64,000 nucleotides of DNA from Oikopleura dioica (GCA_907165135.1 OU015568.1:15263208-15327207); one strand, 5' to 3'. Shown: positions 37,068 to 46,901, counted from the stretch's first letter. The notes: a model not told the origin generated them from the sequence alone. Program-made: numbers and translations.

Positions 37068-40000
37068 ATGAACGTCAGACGAGGACGGCCGGATCACTGT
37101 ACAACTCTCCTCGTACGAACTGACGTAAAATTACGATCCGAGCGACGGTATCCAGTAGTGGTCAAAAACATTCTCACTCTCTTGGATACCGGCGCGAGCC
37201 TCAGCTGTGCCAGCCTTGATTTCGCGAAAAATCTGGAGGCACAGGGGTTCCCACTCAATAAGGAGAAGCCTATCCGTAGCAACCCGATGGCAGCGAAAGG
37301 GGCGCGAATGGAAATAGCATTCGACCTTGTATTGGATATAATCTTGCGAGGAGATCCTGATATCAGATTCCCTGGAACTCGCATAAGCATCATCCCGGGT
37401 CTAAGAGCTGAGCTCATTCTCGGAGTGGACAGTTTGCTTAACAAGACCATCCAATTGCAGAGAAGGACCGTTAAAATAAATGGGCAGACTTTCCCGCTTG
37501 CCTGCCCGGAAAACACCGTCCTACTGCGCGTTATCGAAGCCGGAAAGGGACAGGGAATGAATTTCCTGCGGGTTGATACAGGCCCACGAAAAGTGCACAA
37601 GGCATCAAAGCGACTTCTCCTTACATTGGATCCTGAATTTTCGCCCGGAGTCCCAGGAGTGGCTATGATTATCAACTCAAGCGAGTTGGAAACTGAGTTG
37701 ATGATCACGTACCCGGGTCCTGCGACTCCCGTCCCTAAGATATTCCTGGCCAGAATTGACGAGGTACAGGATGACCCTAATGAAGACTCACCGAAGAAAC
37801 TCACTCTCCAAGACATCGAGAAAATGACATCGAAAACAGAGCTTAGCGAAGATGGAATCGAGCGATTGAAGGAAATTCTAAAACAACATTCTGAAGCATT
37901 CTCGAAAGAAAAGACAGACGTTGGACTATATCAAGGACCGGAAGTCAAGCTCCAGCTTCTCGACCCCAGGCTCCCTGGAGCATGGGTTCGGCCAAGAAGA
38001 ATACCTTTCAGCCAAGTGGAATGGTTGAAAGCTGAGCTAAAGAAGATGGAAGAGGCGGGGATCATCGAAAGATCTACCGGAAGTAGCTTCAACGCGCCAC
38101 TCCAACTGGTAAAGAAGGCGAGCGGGGGCTATCGCATCTGCGTTGACATGAGAGCTCTTAACAACAGGCTCGCTGAAAGCAAATGGCCCCTTCCGTCCCT
38201 TGCCGAGACGTTGGAAAGCTTGTCGGGGTCTGCCTTCTTCTCCTGCGTGGATATAAGACAAGCCTTTTTCCATATGGCGCTGGAAGAAGAAAGCAAGCCG
38301 CTTACTGCGTTCTCAGCTCTCAATTCGCAATACCAGTTCAGACGGTTACCCATGGGTCTCAAGATCTCGCCGAGCGTCTACCAAATGGCAATGAAAGCCA
38401 CTCTGGGAGACGATCTGGGTAACCGTGTGGTCGCCTATCTTGACGACGTCCTCGTGTGTGGGAAAAACGAAGAAGAGCACCTCCAGACACTCGACCTCGT
38501 CCTTGCGAGACTTAAGAAAGCGGGGTTCCTGTTGAATCCAGACAAGTGCATCCTTGGAGCAAAGAAGATAACGTTTTTGGGGCACGAAGTAACACCAAGC
38601 GGCTATTTTCCAAAGACAGACAATCTTGCGGCCATACGAGAGTTTCCAGTACCGACCAACAAGAAGGCGCTTCGAAGGTTTATCGGGATGTGTTCGTTTT
38701 ACAGCACACTCGTTCCTAATCTTCAACGAAAACTAGCCCCGCTTCATGAAATCAGCGGGCCAAAAGCAACCTTCAATTGGACAAGCTCGCAAGAAGACGC
38801 GTTTCACCTCATCAAAAGGCTTATGGTGGCTCAAACTGGGCTAGCCTTTCCATCGAATGACCCAAAAGCTGTCTTGTTAGTCACATCAGACGCCAGTGAA
38901 ACGGGTTTCGGCGGAATGATAAGTCAGAAAATAGGAGATGAGGAAGAACAGCCCTTGGGCTACACTAGCGGATTCTTTCGAGGTCCTCAAGTGCGGTGGG
39001 CCATAAACGAAAAGGAACTTTATGCTTTCATTAAAACTCTTGAAACATTCCATCACTTCGTTTATGGGAGATCATTCCGATGGCGGACGGACAGTAAATG
39101 CCTGTCTTTCATTTGCGCGGAAACAAATGGCAAGCAAACCAGAAGACCATCTGCCAAGAAACTCCGCTGGCTGGAAAAATTAACAGAATACGATTTTAGC
39201 ATCACTCACTGCGAAGGGACAAGCCTCGAAATGAGTGTCGCTGACTGTCTTTCCCGGATTGATCCCCCAAACTTGGTAATGCACATCGACTCGGAAATTC
39301 AGAAGAAGTATAGGATGCTGAACCGACCAATCCCGACCTGGATAAAACTTAAAGGAATCACGAAGTCTGAGCTTCGCTTGGCCCAGGACAACGATGGAGA
39401 CTTGGTCAATTTTCGTAATGGATGGAAACCGCTGAAAGCCAAATATAGACTCAAGGAGCGAAGCGATGGAATACTTGTTTATGATCACAAGGATAAACCC
39501 CGGATTCCAATCCCGCAAGAACTCCAAGACAGGATTATATTAAGCTTTCACCTCCCACACCACGGAAGAACAACCAACCTGGTCCACGCGATGAGGGACG
39601 CGGATATCATCTTCCCAAAAATGGCAAAGAAGATAAAAACCAAGGTACAAACGTGCCCAGCGTGCCTCGCAACCGGAACGACCGAGAACCCAAAGCATCG
39701 ACAAGTGACGGCGCCAAAAGAGATGCATCCGAACATGACCGTAACCATCGACCTTTTGGGTCCTTTACCGACAAGTCCAACTAGAAAGAAGTATATCCTC
39801 GCGGCCGTAGACAATCTCACTCGTTGGATTGAGTTGAGGTGCATAGTCGACAAGACAGCCGAGCACGTTGCAAAAGCCCTTCTCGATATATTTTTTCTAA
39901 GAGGCCCCCCAAGGGCCGTATCTTGTGATTTCGGTCGAGAATTTAACAACGTGCTCTTAACAGAACTATTAACATCGTTCGGCACAGCAGTCAACCATGG

Positions 40001-40607
40001 CACCCCTTACCGACCACAAGGACAAGGACTCATTGAACGAGCAAATCGCGAGATTCTTAAACACCTAAAATCGCTCGACATCGACGAACACCGATGGGAC
40101 ACTTACATTCCATCTATACAGTTATCGATGAATTTAACTTACCACTCGGCACTCGGAACGAGTCCCTTCCAAGCAATGCACGGATGGCTGCTCGCCGAGC
40201 CACTTTTCTCAAGACAAATCAACGGAGAAGAGCTCCCTCGGAACGTCAGACTCTGGGTCAAAGAGTCAAGTTCCCGAATGTGCGCAGCCTTATCACTGTT
40301 AACAGCGAGACAAGCTGTGCCTCTCATGGAACTACCGGACGAAAATCAACCCGATGGACTTGAAAAGGGGACCCCCGTCCTTCTGAAAAAAATGAAGCCT
40401 CCAGGAGTGAGCTCCAAATTATTTAACGCCTGGAAGGATGGCTTCGTCGTGAGAAAACGACTTGATCATAATACTTATTTAGTTACTCCCGTCGAATCTC
40501 CTAGGCGGCGCTTCCTAGTCCATCGCTCCCGTATACGGCGATTGGGCAGGCCTCTTGAGGAAGCACCACCGGAAAAACACGTATATACGGTAATCAGTCG
40601 AGAATAA
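37068..40607 (+). CDS. pol: Pol polyprotein PR-RT-RNaseH-IN (Ty3/gypsy order); possibly extended to 40818 by a 43-bp intron
   Basis: LLDTGAS (protease), VDMRALN and YLDD (RT), TSDAS/EKEL/TDS/ADCLSR (RNase H), H-x-x-H-H...CPAC, D-D-E (IDLLGP, SCDFG, LIERAN) and GPY/F-like WKDGFVV. The ORF is uninterrupted. Confidence 0.97.
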   Translation: MNVRRGRPDHCTTLLVRTDVKLRSERRYPVVVKNILTLLDTGASLSCASLDFAKNLEAQGFPLNKEKPIRSNPMAAKGARMEIAFDLVLDIILRGDPDIRFPGTRISIIPGLRAELILGVDSLLNKTIQLQRRTVKINGQTFPLACPENTVLLRVIEAGKGQGMNFLRVDTGPRKVHKASKRLLLTLDPEFSPGVPGVAMIINSSELETELMITYPGPATPVPKIFLARIDEVQDDPNEDSPKKLTLQDIEKMTSKTELSEDGIERLKEILKQHSEAFSKEKTDVGLYQGPEVKLQLLDPRLPGAWVRPRRIPFSQVEWLKAELKKMEEAGIIERSTGSSFNAPLQLVKKASGGYRICVDMRALNNRLAESKWPLPSLAETLESLSGSAFFSCVDIRQAFFHMALEEESKPLTAFSALNSQYQFRRLPMGLKISPSVYQMAMKATLGDDLGNRVVAYLDDVLVCGKNEEEHLQTLDLVLARLKKAGFLLNPDKCILGAKKITFLGHEVTPSGYFPKTDNLAAIREFPVPTNKKALRRFIGMCSFYSTLVPNLQRKLAPLHEISGPKATFNWTSSQEDAFHLIKRLMVAQTGLAFPSNDPKAVLLVTSDASETGFGGMISQKIGDEEEQPLGYTSGFFRGPQVRWAINEKELYAFIKTLETFHHFVYGRSFRWRTDSKCLSFICAETNGKQTRRPSAKKLRWLEKLTEYDFSITHCEGTSLEMSVADCLSRIDPPNLVMHIDSEIQKKYRMLNRPIPTWIKLKGITKSELRLAQDNDGDLVNFRNGWKPLKAKYRLKERSDGILVYDHKDKPRIPIPQELQDRIILSFHLPHHGRTTNLVHAMRDADIIFPKMAKKIKTKVQTCPACLATGTTENPKHRQVTAPKEMHPNMTVTIDLLGPLPTSPTRKKYILAAVDNLTRWIELRCIVDKTAEHVAKALLDIFFLRGPPRAVSCDFGREFNNVLLTELLTSFGTAVNHGTPYRPQGQGLIERANREILKHLKSLDIDEHRWDTYIPSIQLSMNLTYHSALGTSPFQAMHGWLLAEPLFSRQINGEELPRNVRLWVKESSSRMCAALSLLTARQAVPLMELPDENQPDGLEKGTPVLLKKMKPPGVSSKLFNAWKDGFVVRKRLDHNTYLVTPVESPRRRFLVHRSRIRRLGRPLEEAPPEKHVYTVISRE

Positions 40608-41013
40608 ATATCCAATCATGATTGTTGCCTAGGAGGAGAATAAGTCAAGCAAAACAAGGAGCGTGCAACCAGTAGAAGAGCTTCCCAATAGCAGCAAAAC
40701 CGAGAACACGGCGACAAACCCGCTTGGAAACGAAAACGGAAAATATGACACGACTGAGCAAGCGAGGCCGCGGAGAACAAAGGGACGCGATAAAAACTTC
40801 TACAAGAAATTCTTCTGAGGGTACCGGCCAACAGGGAGACAAGAGCCTCCTCAAAAATAAGAAGGTACCACAATTCGAAGCAGACGAATCCTCAGAAGTC
40901 GACGGGAAAGAGATTTTTCTTGCGAAATCTGTCAGTTCTAAATTTTTTCACTGGAAATCTGCGATTAAACCCTTAGTCATAAGGTGATATAATCAGGAAT
41001 TATATTTAGACTG

Positions 41014-41385
41014 ATGACATCAACTAATAACGAAATAATGAAAATCTGCCCATCAATAACGATACCCAAATGCCCCGATCCACCAGAAATCGGAGTAAAA
41101 ATGAACTGCGTGAGCAAAGCGAACGCGGGACTCAACAGTACAACTAAGGAGAAATCCTCCACTAGCTTCGAGGTAGGAGGTAGCTCACTTATAGGAAATT
41201 TTATTTCATTCCTATTTTCTTTCGTCGCGGGACTTATAACCAGTCGCATCTTCAGCAGACTCCGCGGCCGGAAGAAACGAAGAGAAAACCTTTTTGCAAA
41301 GCGGAACTTCTGCTTAAACCCAAGCAACCAACGACAGGAAGACGTGCAGGTATCCCAAGAATGCCAGCAAATAGAATTCATCTAG
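41014..41385 (+). CDS. Small single-pass membrane protein (123 aa): Cys/Pro ectodomain, TM, polybasic RLRGRKKRR
   Basis: TM LIGNFISFLFSFVAGLITSRIF; acceptor atttag 4 nt upstream. Confidence 0.7.
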   Translation: MTSTNNEIMKICPSITIPKCPDPPEIGVKMNCVSKANAGLNSTTKEKSSTSFEVGGSSLIGNFISFLFSFVAGLITSRIFSRLRGRKKRRENLFAKRNFCLNPSNQRQEDVQVSQECQQIEFI

Positions 41386-41546
41386 ACATATGCCCAATAT
41401 GTCTCGACAATAAAATTGTGCCAAAAATTCTCTGTTGCACGCATAGCTACTGTCAGGGCTGTATCGATTACTGGTTCCTGACCCAAATGGAAAACTGCCC
41501 CTTGTGTAGACGTTCTATAACATGGGCGGAAATGATGGCGAAATAA
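41361..41546 (+). CDS. Minimal C3HC4 RING protein (61 aa)
   Basis: CPIC-x11-CTHSYCQGC...CPLC. Confidence 0.75.
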   Translation: MPANRIHLDICPICLDNKIVPKILCCTHSYCQGCIDYWFLTQMENCPLCRRSITWAEMMAK

Positions 41547-41649
41547 TGAACTCACTTTAGGAAGATCCCTTCTTGAGCAAACAAGGCTTAATGATCCAGA
41601 AATTGGATTTCTTCGTGCAAGCAGAAAAACAGTCACAGAAACCGACCGG

Positions 41650-42321
41650 ATGATTCGGGAAATCGTTAACCGAATAATCCAAAAATCACCACCATCGGAA
41701 GCGACTAAAAGGAAAATCTACGACGCTCTATGGAAAAAGCTCCAGACAGCAAAAGAGGCAAAGGAACAAACCATTGTCAAAAGGATTCGACAAATGACTG
41801 CAACAACCGCTGCGCACAAAAAAGGAAGGATCCTACATTTGGATATCCTTGAGTACCTTGAAGGAAGCGACCTAGTACCACACTGGCACAAAAACATCGA
41901 CAGATGGGCAACCGCGATGAGATACATCGACGAACTGGAAAATCATTATAAGAGCAGCACGCCATTATATCAGCGTGACCAACGAAATATCAAAAGTTTA
42001 CGCAAACAGACAAGCCGAGTCATCAGCGACCAAATACGGCGTGGCTTCCGACAGCCTCCTCAGATATCTTGGGAAAAGCTCTTTGAAAAAACTGAAAGCA
42101 CTACAAAGATCGAGAGGAAGCCACTTCTCGAAAGTATCGAACAAGCGACCGGCAAAATAGGAAAGAAGACAAGCGTAGTCTTGGAGATTGCTTTTCACTC
42201 TGTGCTACTGTACAATTTCATAAAAGCCTGCCTTCAAACAGTAGCAGTAGGATGGCAGGTTGTTTACGTGCCCATACGAGAAATCACAAGATATATTGTA
42301 TCACAACATCAGATGGACTGA
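41650..42321 (+). CDS. Element cargo, hypothetical 223 aa, hydrophobic C-terminus
   Basis: Long basic helical ORF in the sense cluster. Confidence 0.65.
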   Translation: MIREIVNRIIQKSPPSEATKRKIYDALWKKLQTAKEAKEQTIVKRIRQMTATTAAHKKGRILHLDILEYLEGSDLVPHWHKNIDRWATAMRYIDELENHYKSSTPLYQRDQRNIKSLRKQTSRVISDQIRRGFRQPPQISWEKLFEKTESTTKIERKPLLESIEQATGKIGKKTSVVLEIAFHSVLLYNFIKACLQTVAVGWQVVYVPIREITRYIVSQHQMD

Positions 42322-42362
42322 CAGACAAATCGTGAAAGATGATAAACAAATAGTTTAGACCA

Positions 42363-42509
42363 ATGACATCCATGGAAGAGATTCGGGAATACGTCTACGG
42401 GGCCTATGAGTACTCAAGGGATCTAAATACTATCGTGGTTATTATCTTATTTGCCCTGTACGCTATCGACTTTGGACTTAAATCTCTGTCCAAGGAAAAA
42501 CAAAACTGA
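42363..42509 (+). CDS. 48-aa micropeptide, copy 1
   Basis: MTSMEEIREYVYGAYEYSRDLNTIVVIILFALYAIDFGLKSLSKEKQN; acceptor gtttag 4 nt upstream; paralog at 42589. Confidence 0.7.
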   Translation: MTSMEEIREYVYGAYEYSRDLNTIVVIILFALYAIDFGLKSLSKEKQN

Positions 42510-42588
42510 AACCTCATCCAAACCAACCCCCAGGGGGAGGGGGGAAATCAACTACCCATCGACGCTCACGGAAACCTACTTCAGAAAA

Positions 42589-42735
42589 ATGACCTCGATG
42601 AGCCTTGCCAAGAGATACCTTGAACGGGCGTCGGAATACCTGAAGATGGCGAGAGAAACAACATTTCACATCCTTATCGTTCTGCATGCCATCAAATTCG
42701 GATTGAGACTGCTAACTAAACCCAAACAAAACTAA
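42589..42735 (+). CDS. 48-aa micropeptide, copy 2
   Basis: MTSMSLAKRYLERASEYLKMARETTFHILIVLHAIKFGLRLLTKPKQN; acceptor cttcag 4 nt upstream; same length and same MTSM/AIxFGL/KQN frame as copy 1. Confidence 0.7.
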   Translation: MTSMSLAKRYLERASEYLKMARETTFHILIVLHAIKFGLRLLTKPKQN

Positions 42736-42821
42736 CCCGTCTGGAAACTAGCCTAGCTAGTCACAGAAAAAAAAAATATTATATCGCACTCAGCCCATAG
42801 CCAATCGATTCCTTAAGACCT

Positions 42822-43187
42822 ATGGGCGGAAAAAATTCGGCGTGCAAAACCCCCTGTCCCGAACCGATCTGCCCCGTCAAACACACCATAAGATGGGATA
42901 TGGCTTGGGAAATGACGCGGAACAAAATCAAAGAAACAAGTGCATGGCCGTATCTTACATCTATTATGATAGGAACAATCATCACACTTGTAGTCAAAGT
43001 ATACACGAACCGACGAGAAGAAAAGTATCAGCCTTCCGAAACGGCATCGAGAATTATCCTCGACACCCAAAATATTGCTGATTGGACACAAACGGCAGCA
43101 ACGACAGGCTCTAAACACAATTCTGCTATAAGAAACGATAAAACTTGTACTGTTAGGAATAATCTCGAAAGAGTAACCCATCTCTAA
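42822..43187 (+). CDS. Small single-pass membrane protein (121 aa), N-myristoylation consensus MGGKNS, Cys/Pro ectodomain
   Basis: CKTPCPEPICP, TM WPYLTSIMIGTIITLVVKVY. Confidence 0.7.
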   Translation: MGGKNSACKTPCPEPICPVKHTIRWDMAWEMTRNKIKETSAWPYLTSIMIGTIITLVVKVYTNRREEKYQPSETASRIILDTQNIADWTQTAATTGSKHNSAIRNDKTCTVRNNLERVTHL

Positions 43188-43247
43188 GGTAGATCCGAAC
43201 CCAAGAAATAACCAGTTGTGCTTAAGACAAGCCACTATTTCAACAAA

Positions 43248-43757
43248 ATGTCGGCAAGATCTACACAAACAGTAAGCAACAATGCTTGCGACGAATTCGA
43301 AGAGATGATCGTTTGGACCATCATGGACAATGACACAAGCCATTTTGACGAAAAGGAACTCGTTGAGAAAATCGGATGGACTGGATTCCGGGAAGCCATA
43401 AAAGAAGCAACCGAGGACGCAAAAACTTACCAACAATGGTTAAAAACCACCGTTGCAACGTGGACCCGAGTTCCTCAGGAAATAAAAAGCACACTTAAGG
43501 ACTTTGCTCATGATAATTCTAGGCAAGGACTTTTCGACTGGACTTACGAGCTTATACTCTATGGATCCGCACTGCACTCCACGACTACTGACAGAGGGGT
43601 GTTAAACGAATGGCAAAACGCAGTATACGGAGATTTTGTTGAAAAATTCGGAAATCCTCCTTACATAGCATTTACCGAGCGCCAACGACTTCCGGAAAAA
43701 GAAGAGATAAATATTGCACGTAAAACGTGCTTGCTGCGCTTAACCTCAGAAATATGA
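43248..43757 (+). CDS. Element cargo, hypothetical 169 aa
   Basis: ATG after acceptor tgcttaag; Trp-rich globular-looking ORF. Confidence 0.65.
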   Translation: MSARSTQTVSNNACDEFEEMIVWTIMDNDTSHFDEKELVEKIGWTGFREAIKEATEDAKTYQQWLKTTVATWTRVPQEIKSTLKDFAHDNSRQGLFDWTYELILYGSALHSTTTDRGVLNEWQNAVYGDFVEKFGNPPYIAFTERQRLPEKEEINIARKTCLLRLTSEI

Positions 43758-43831
43758 ATCATAAAAACCCCAAGTAGAGTTAACCTCAAGTCTTTATTTG
43801 AGTAGATTGATAGCACTAACTTCCGTTTAGA

Positions 43832-44047
43832 ATGGCCCCAAATACTTGCAAACCAACGAATTGTCCCTCAACCGAATGTTCCGAAGCCGTAGAAAAACTT
43901 GATTTACCGGGGACCGTCTATCTAGCGGACACGATAAGCAAAATCCTATTTTCAATCATATACATTTTGCTTGGAATCGTCGGCTGGATGTGCGTGCATG
44001 CTCTCTTCAAGTACTTTAAAAATAGTCAAGAAAAAAAGACAGAATGA
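43832..44047 (+). CDS. Small single-pass membrane protein (71 aa), Cys/Pro N-terminus
   Basis: CKPTNCPSTEC, TM ILFSIIYILLGIVGWMCVHALF; upstream cactaac branch point + ttccgtttag. Confidence 0.7.
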   Translation: MAPNTCKPTNCPSTECSEAVEKLDLPGTVYLADTISKILFSIIYILLGIVGWMCVHALFKYFKNSQEKKTE

Positions 44048-44136
44048 GTTTATTAAATCCTGTTTACCCTTATGGAACTGCTCGGACAACGAAAAAAACC
44101 AATGAATGTGTAAGAAAATAAACGAACTTCCTTTAG

Positions 44137-44919
44137 ATGGAAGAAGGAAACACCACTCAGCAAGCAAGTCGGGAAAACGAAAAGCAAAACCGGCACTATC
44201 CGCGGCTACACATTGAGTATCCATGTGGCAACAGGAAGATATGTCCCGCAACGAGTGACGATCCGATGGAAAATCTGAGGAATGCGATTTTTGAAGCATG
44301 CCCCGCTAAGCCCGGAGAAGAGTTGCGAAATAAAATCAAGATTTTTCACAAAGGGTCCGAAGTCAAACGAAAGGAAGAATTAAAAGGTCTGAAACCTGGA
44401 GAAACAATCCACGCCACTTGGCCTGGGGAACTCGGCCCAAATACTACTCCCGCGCAACAAACTAGGCAGATCCCAAAAATCATCGATGCCGCCTCCATCC
44501 AAAGACAAAATTTCGAATCATCCCTTAGAAACACGTTGAGAAACCAGCCACCTCAAAAACGAAAACTCGAGGAAGAAAGCGAGGTTCAAGCAGAGCAAGC
44601 AACACATCGACAGATCGGCTGTCTGCTAACAAAACTTGGAAGCGATCTTATCCAGTGGTCAAGCCCCTTACATGACCTAAGTAACCTGTTACAAGCAGAT
44701 GAAATCTTACGACACGACCCCGAAAAAGCAGACAAAACAAACAAAGCCATTCTTAACAATTACACGAACATGACGTACCTGAGTCAGCTCCTAGTAAACC
44801 TTCAACGAATCCTGTCCCCGACGACACTCAAGTCACCAGAGACCTTATCCGAAGCACCGTATCTGAACACAATGCACCCAGCCTTTGAACTGTCTCCTAG
44901 CTTCAACAATTTCCTTTAA
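44137..44919 (+). CDS. Ubiquitin-like-domain protein, BAG6/Scythe-like (260 aa)
   Basis: UBL pattern LHIEY..G.RK...DDPMENLRNAI...IKIFHKG...L..GETIH, followed by a helical block (IGCLLTKLG...PLHDLSNLLQ) resembling the BAG6 conserved region. Confidence 0.5.
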   Translation: MEEGNTTQQASRENEKQNRHYPRLHIEYPCGNRKICPATSDDPMENLRNAIFEACPAKPGEELRNKIKIFHKGSEVKRKEELKGLKPGETIHATWPGELGPNTTPAQQTRQIPKIIDAASIQRQNFESSLRNTLRNQPPQKRKLEEESEVQAEQATHRQIGCLLTKLGSDLIQWSSPLHDLSNLLQADEILRHDPEKADKTNKAILNNYTNMTYLSQLLVNLQRILSPTTLKSPETLSEAPYLNTMHPAFELSPSFNNFL

Positions 44920-44953
44920 TAAAAGACGTGAATAGGTAACAGGCTCCCTTCAG

Positions 44954-45487
44954 ATGCGGTACAGATGCGCTTATTGCAACACTCAATGGGCGTCCATAAA
45001 TTTCGAAGACGGCTGTAGAAATTGCAATAGCGATTTCATCGAAATAATCAATGATCGAGCCAGCACACGAGATTCAAATACAAACTGGACCACCCTGGGA
45101 CAAATCAAGTGGACTCTGACGATAGAGAAAAGGCACTGGGAGAAGCTTAAGTCCTTAAACACCGACCTGGTAAAGAGCAAACAGAAAAAATAGAGCGGCT
45201 TAATGAATCACGTATTTAAGATGATGCGATTCCGCATTCCGACGCCCTCCTCGCCCAAAGAGAAGCTAAGAACCGAAAAGGAAGGCGGTAAGGACTTTCC
45301 CGTGGACAAGCAACGCCAAAAGGAAGTGGACATCTGCGCAATATGCCAGGAAGGACTCTTCAACAACCTTGCTTGCCTACGTTGTAATCATGTTTTTCAT
45401 CAAGGTTGTATTCGCAAGTGGTTAAACCAACCACGCTGCTCGCGCTGTCCGTACTGCAACCAAACAGTCCCACTGCGTTTCTTCTAA
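44954..45487 (+). CDS. RNF126/RNF115-like E3 ligase A: Zn ribbon + RING-H2 (intron 45170-45220; 160 aa)
   Basis: YRCAYC...CRNCNSDFIEII (cf. CPRCESGFIEEL); CAIC...CNHVFHQGC..W...CPYC. A 51-bp GT-AG intron joins them in frame. Confidence 0.75.
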
Positions 45488-45546
45488 CCACGAATTATAA
45501 GAAGCTAAAGAGCAAATTGAGTAATTGTTCCTTCTTTTAAGAACAA

Positions 45547-46104
45547 ATGGAACAGGCAAAAATTGACAATATTATCATTGGAACAGCGGAAGACGCGATC
45601 AAGCTTTCCTCCTTCCAAGAAATTATCGTACGAGAAATCCTGGGGAAACCGAAGTTGATTGGTTTCAATGCTGAAGAAGAATGGCAGCGTCCCCTGAGAG
45701 ACGCCGTTCATTTGGTAAACCAGAAAGCCGAACTATGGCTAAGATCCCAAACTTGGCAGGAACAAGCAACAATAGCGAAACTGCCGAGACAACGACTAGC
45801 GACAACAACTTTGTCTTCCACCAAGGACCTCGCACTGCTGATCGCATTCCGAACTATGCAAAGAAAGTTGAAAAGCCCTTGGCAAAAAGAAGGTTTTGAT
45901 CGCGCGATCATCAAAGAAATTGGGAGCATCAATGTTCAAGAACCAGCGGTCGCCAAGGAATTCGCTCGCGACGTAAACACGGGAATAGAATCGATTCCGG
46001 CAATCATCGAAGAGGCGTACACAAAAATAAAAAATGAAGAATCACTGGAAGATACCCGAAAAAAACCTGTTAAACCTGCATGTCTGACACTTTCCCAGCG
46101 ATAA
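45547..46104 (+). CDS. Element cargo family X, copy 2 (185 aa, intronless)
   Basis: IKLSSFQEIIVREILGKP / EEWQRPLRDAV / STKDLALLIAFRTMQR align with copy 1 (34337). Confidence 0.8.
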   Translation: MEQAKIDNIIIGTAEDAIKLSSFQEIIVREILGKPKLIGFNAEEEWQRPLRDAVHLVNQKAELWLRSQTWQEQATIAKLPRQRLATTTLSSTKDLALLIAFRTMQRKLKSPWQKEGFDRAIIKEIGSINVQEPAVAKEFARDVNTGIESIPAIIEEAYTKIKNEESLEDTRKKPVKPACLTLSQR

Positions 46105-46202
46105 GAGAAAAGCTGGATAATACTTCCCCGAACTCATTTCCTTCCGTCTTAAACAAGTCAACGTCTTTTAGAAAGCATTTGCTGACAAAAAGTAATTTAA
46201 GA

Positions 46203-46694
46203 ATGAAGCAAACCGGAGGAAATTACATCCTCTCCCTTGTCATGAATCAACCAACTGCAATGCCCAAAGAGGAGCTCGCCGCGAAGGGACTTGACCGTGG
46301 TAGAGCATTCGGGGAAGGATGCGGAGGAACTCAAGACAAATTCCTCGGTAGCAAAATTGGGATCGACGCTATGATAGAGGCAGTGAAGCAAACCCTCGAA
46401 GAATTGTCCGAGGGTCGAGACCTGCCTGCAGAACAAGGAGGACTTCTAATGGGAACCGCGATAGGCTTTATGAAAAGCCACGGTCACTCACCTCTTCACG
46501 AGGAAGGCTATCGAAAAATAGTGCAAGTCGTGTTTCCTCGATTGGCAAACGTACAAACACCGGCTTACTGGAGCCCTAAAACAATATTCGCACACCTGTA
46601 CTTCAATCTCATGATGAGACGACAGAAACTACCCAGACAGGGCGTAGGCGCGGAGCCACCGAAGGTAAGCTTGCAAGATGTGTCCCGAAATTAA
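46203..46694 (+). CDS. Element cargo, hypothetical 163 aa
   Basis: ATG after acceptor aatttaag. Confidence 0.6.
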   Translation: MKQTGGNYILSLVMNQPTAMPKEELAAKGLDRGRAFGEGCGGTQDKFLGSKIGIDAMIEAVKQTLEELSEGRDLPAEQGGLLMGTAIGFMKSHGHSPLHEEGYRKIVQVVFPRLANVQTPAYWSPKTIFAHLYFNLMMRRQKLPRQGVGAEPPKVSLQDVSRN

Positions 46695-46715
46695 ACAATC
46701 TAGAAAATCGCCCGA

Positions 46716-46901
46716 ATGGATCCGTCTGTAGCAATTCCGGGACCAACAACTCAGACAACACAAATTTTCCCCGGGCAACACACCACTCAAATCCAGCCGA
46801 CAACAAGGGAACAACCAATCCAGATGCCAACGGAGAATCTCATCGGAGACGGAAACGTAGACAAATTCTTCGAAACAGTCTTCCCACCTGCCTTTCAATA
46901 A
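46716..46901 (+). CDS. Small Pro/Thr/Gln-rich ORF (61 aa)
   Basis: Sense ORF filling the gap between cargo genes. Confidence 0.4.
   Translation: MDPSVAIPGPTTQTTQIFPGQHTTQIQPTTREQPIQMPTENLIGDGNVDKFFETVFPPAFQ

Noticed and set aside
35158-40327. Numerous minus-strand ORFs over gag, pol and other cargo
   Set aside because: They are shadow ORFs of A-rich sense coding sequence (Ser/Phe/Leu-rich) with no motifs.
45191-45193. Stop-codon readthrough joining Zn ribbon and RING ORFs
   Set aside because: A 51-bp GT-AG intron (45170-45220) removes the stop in frame, and the paralog at 47750 has an equivalent intron.
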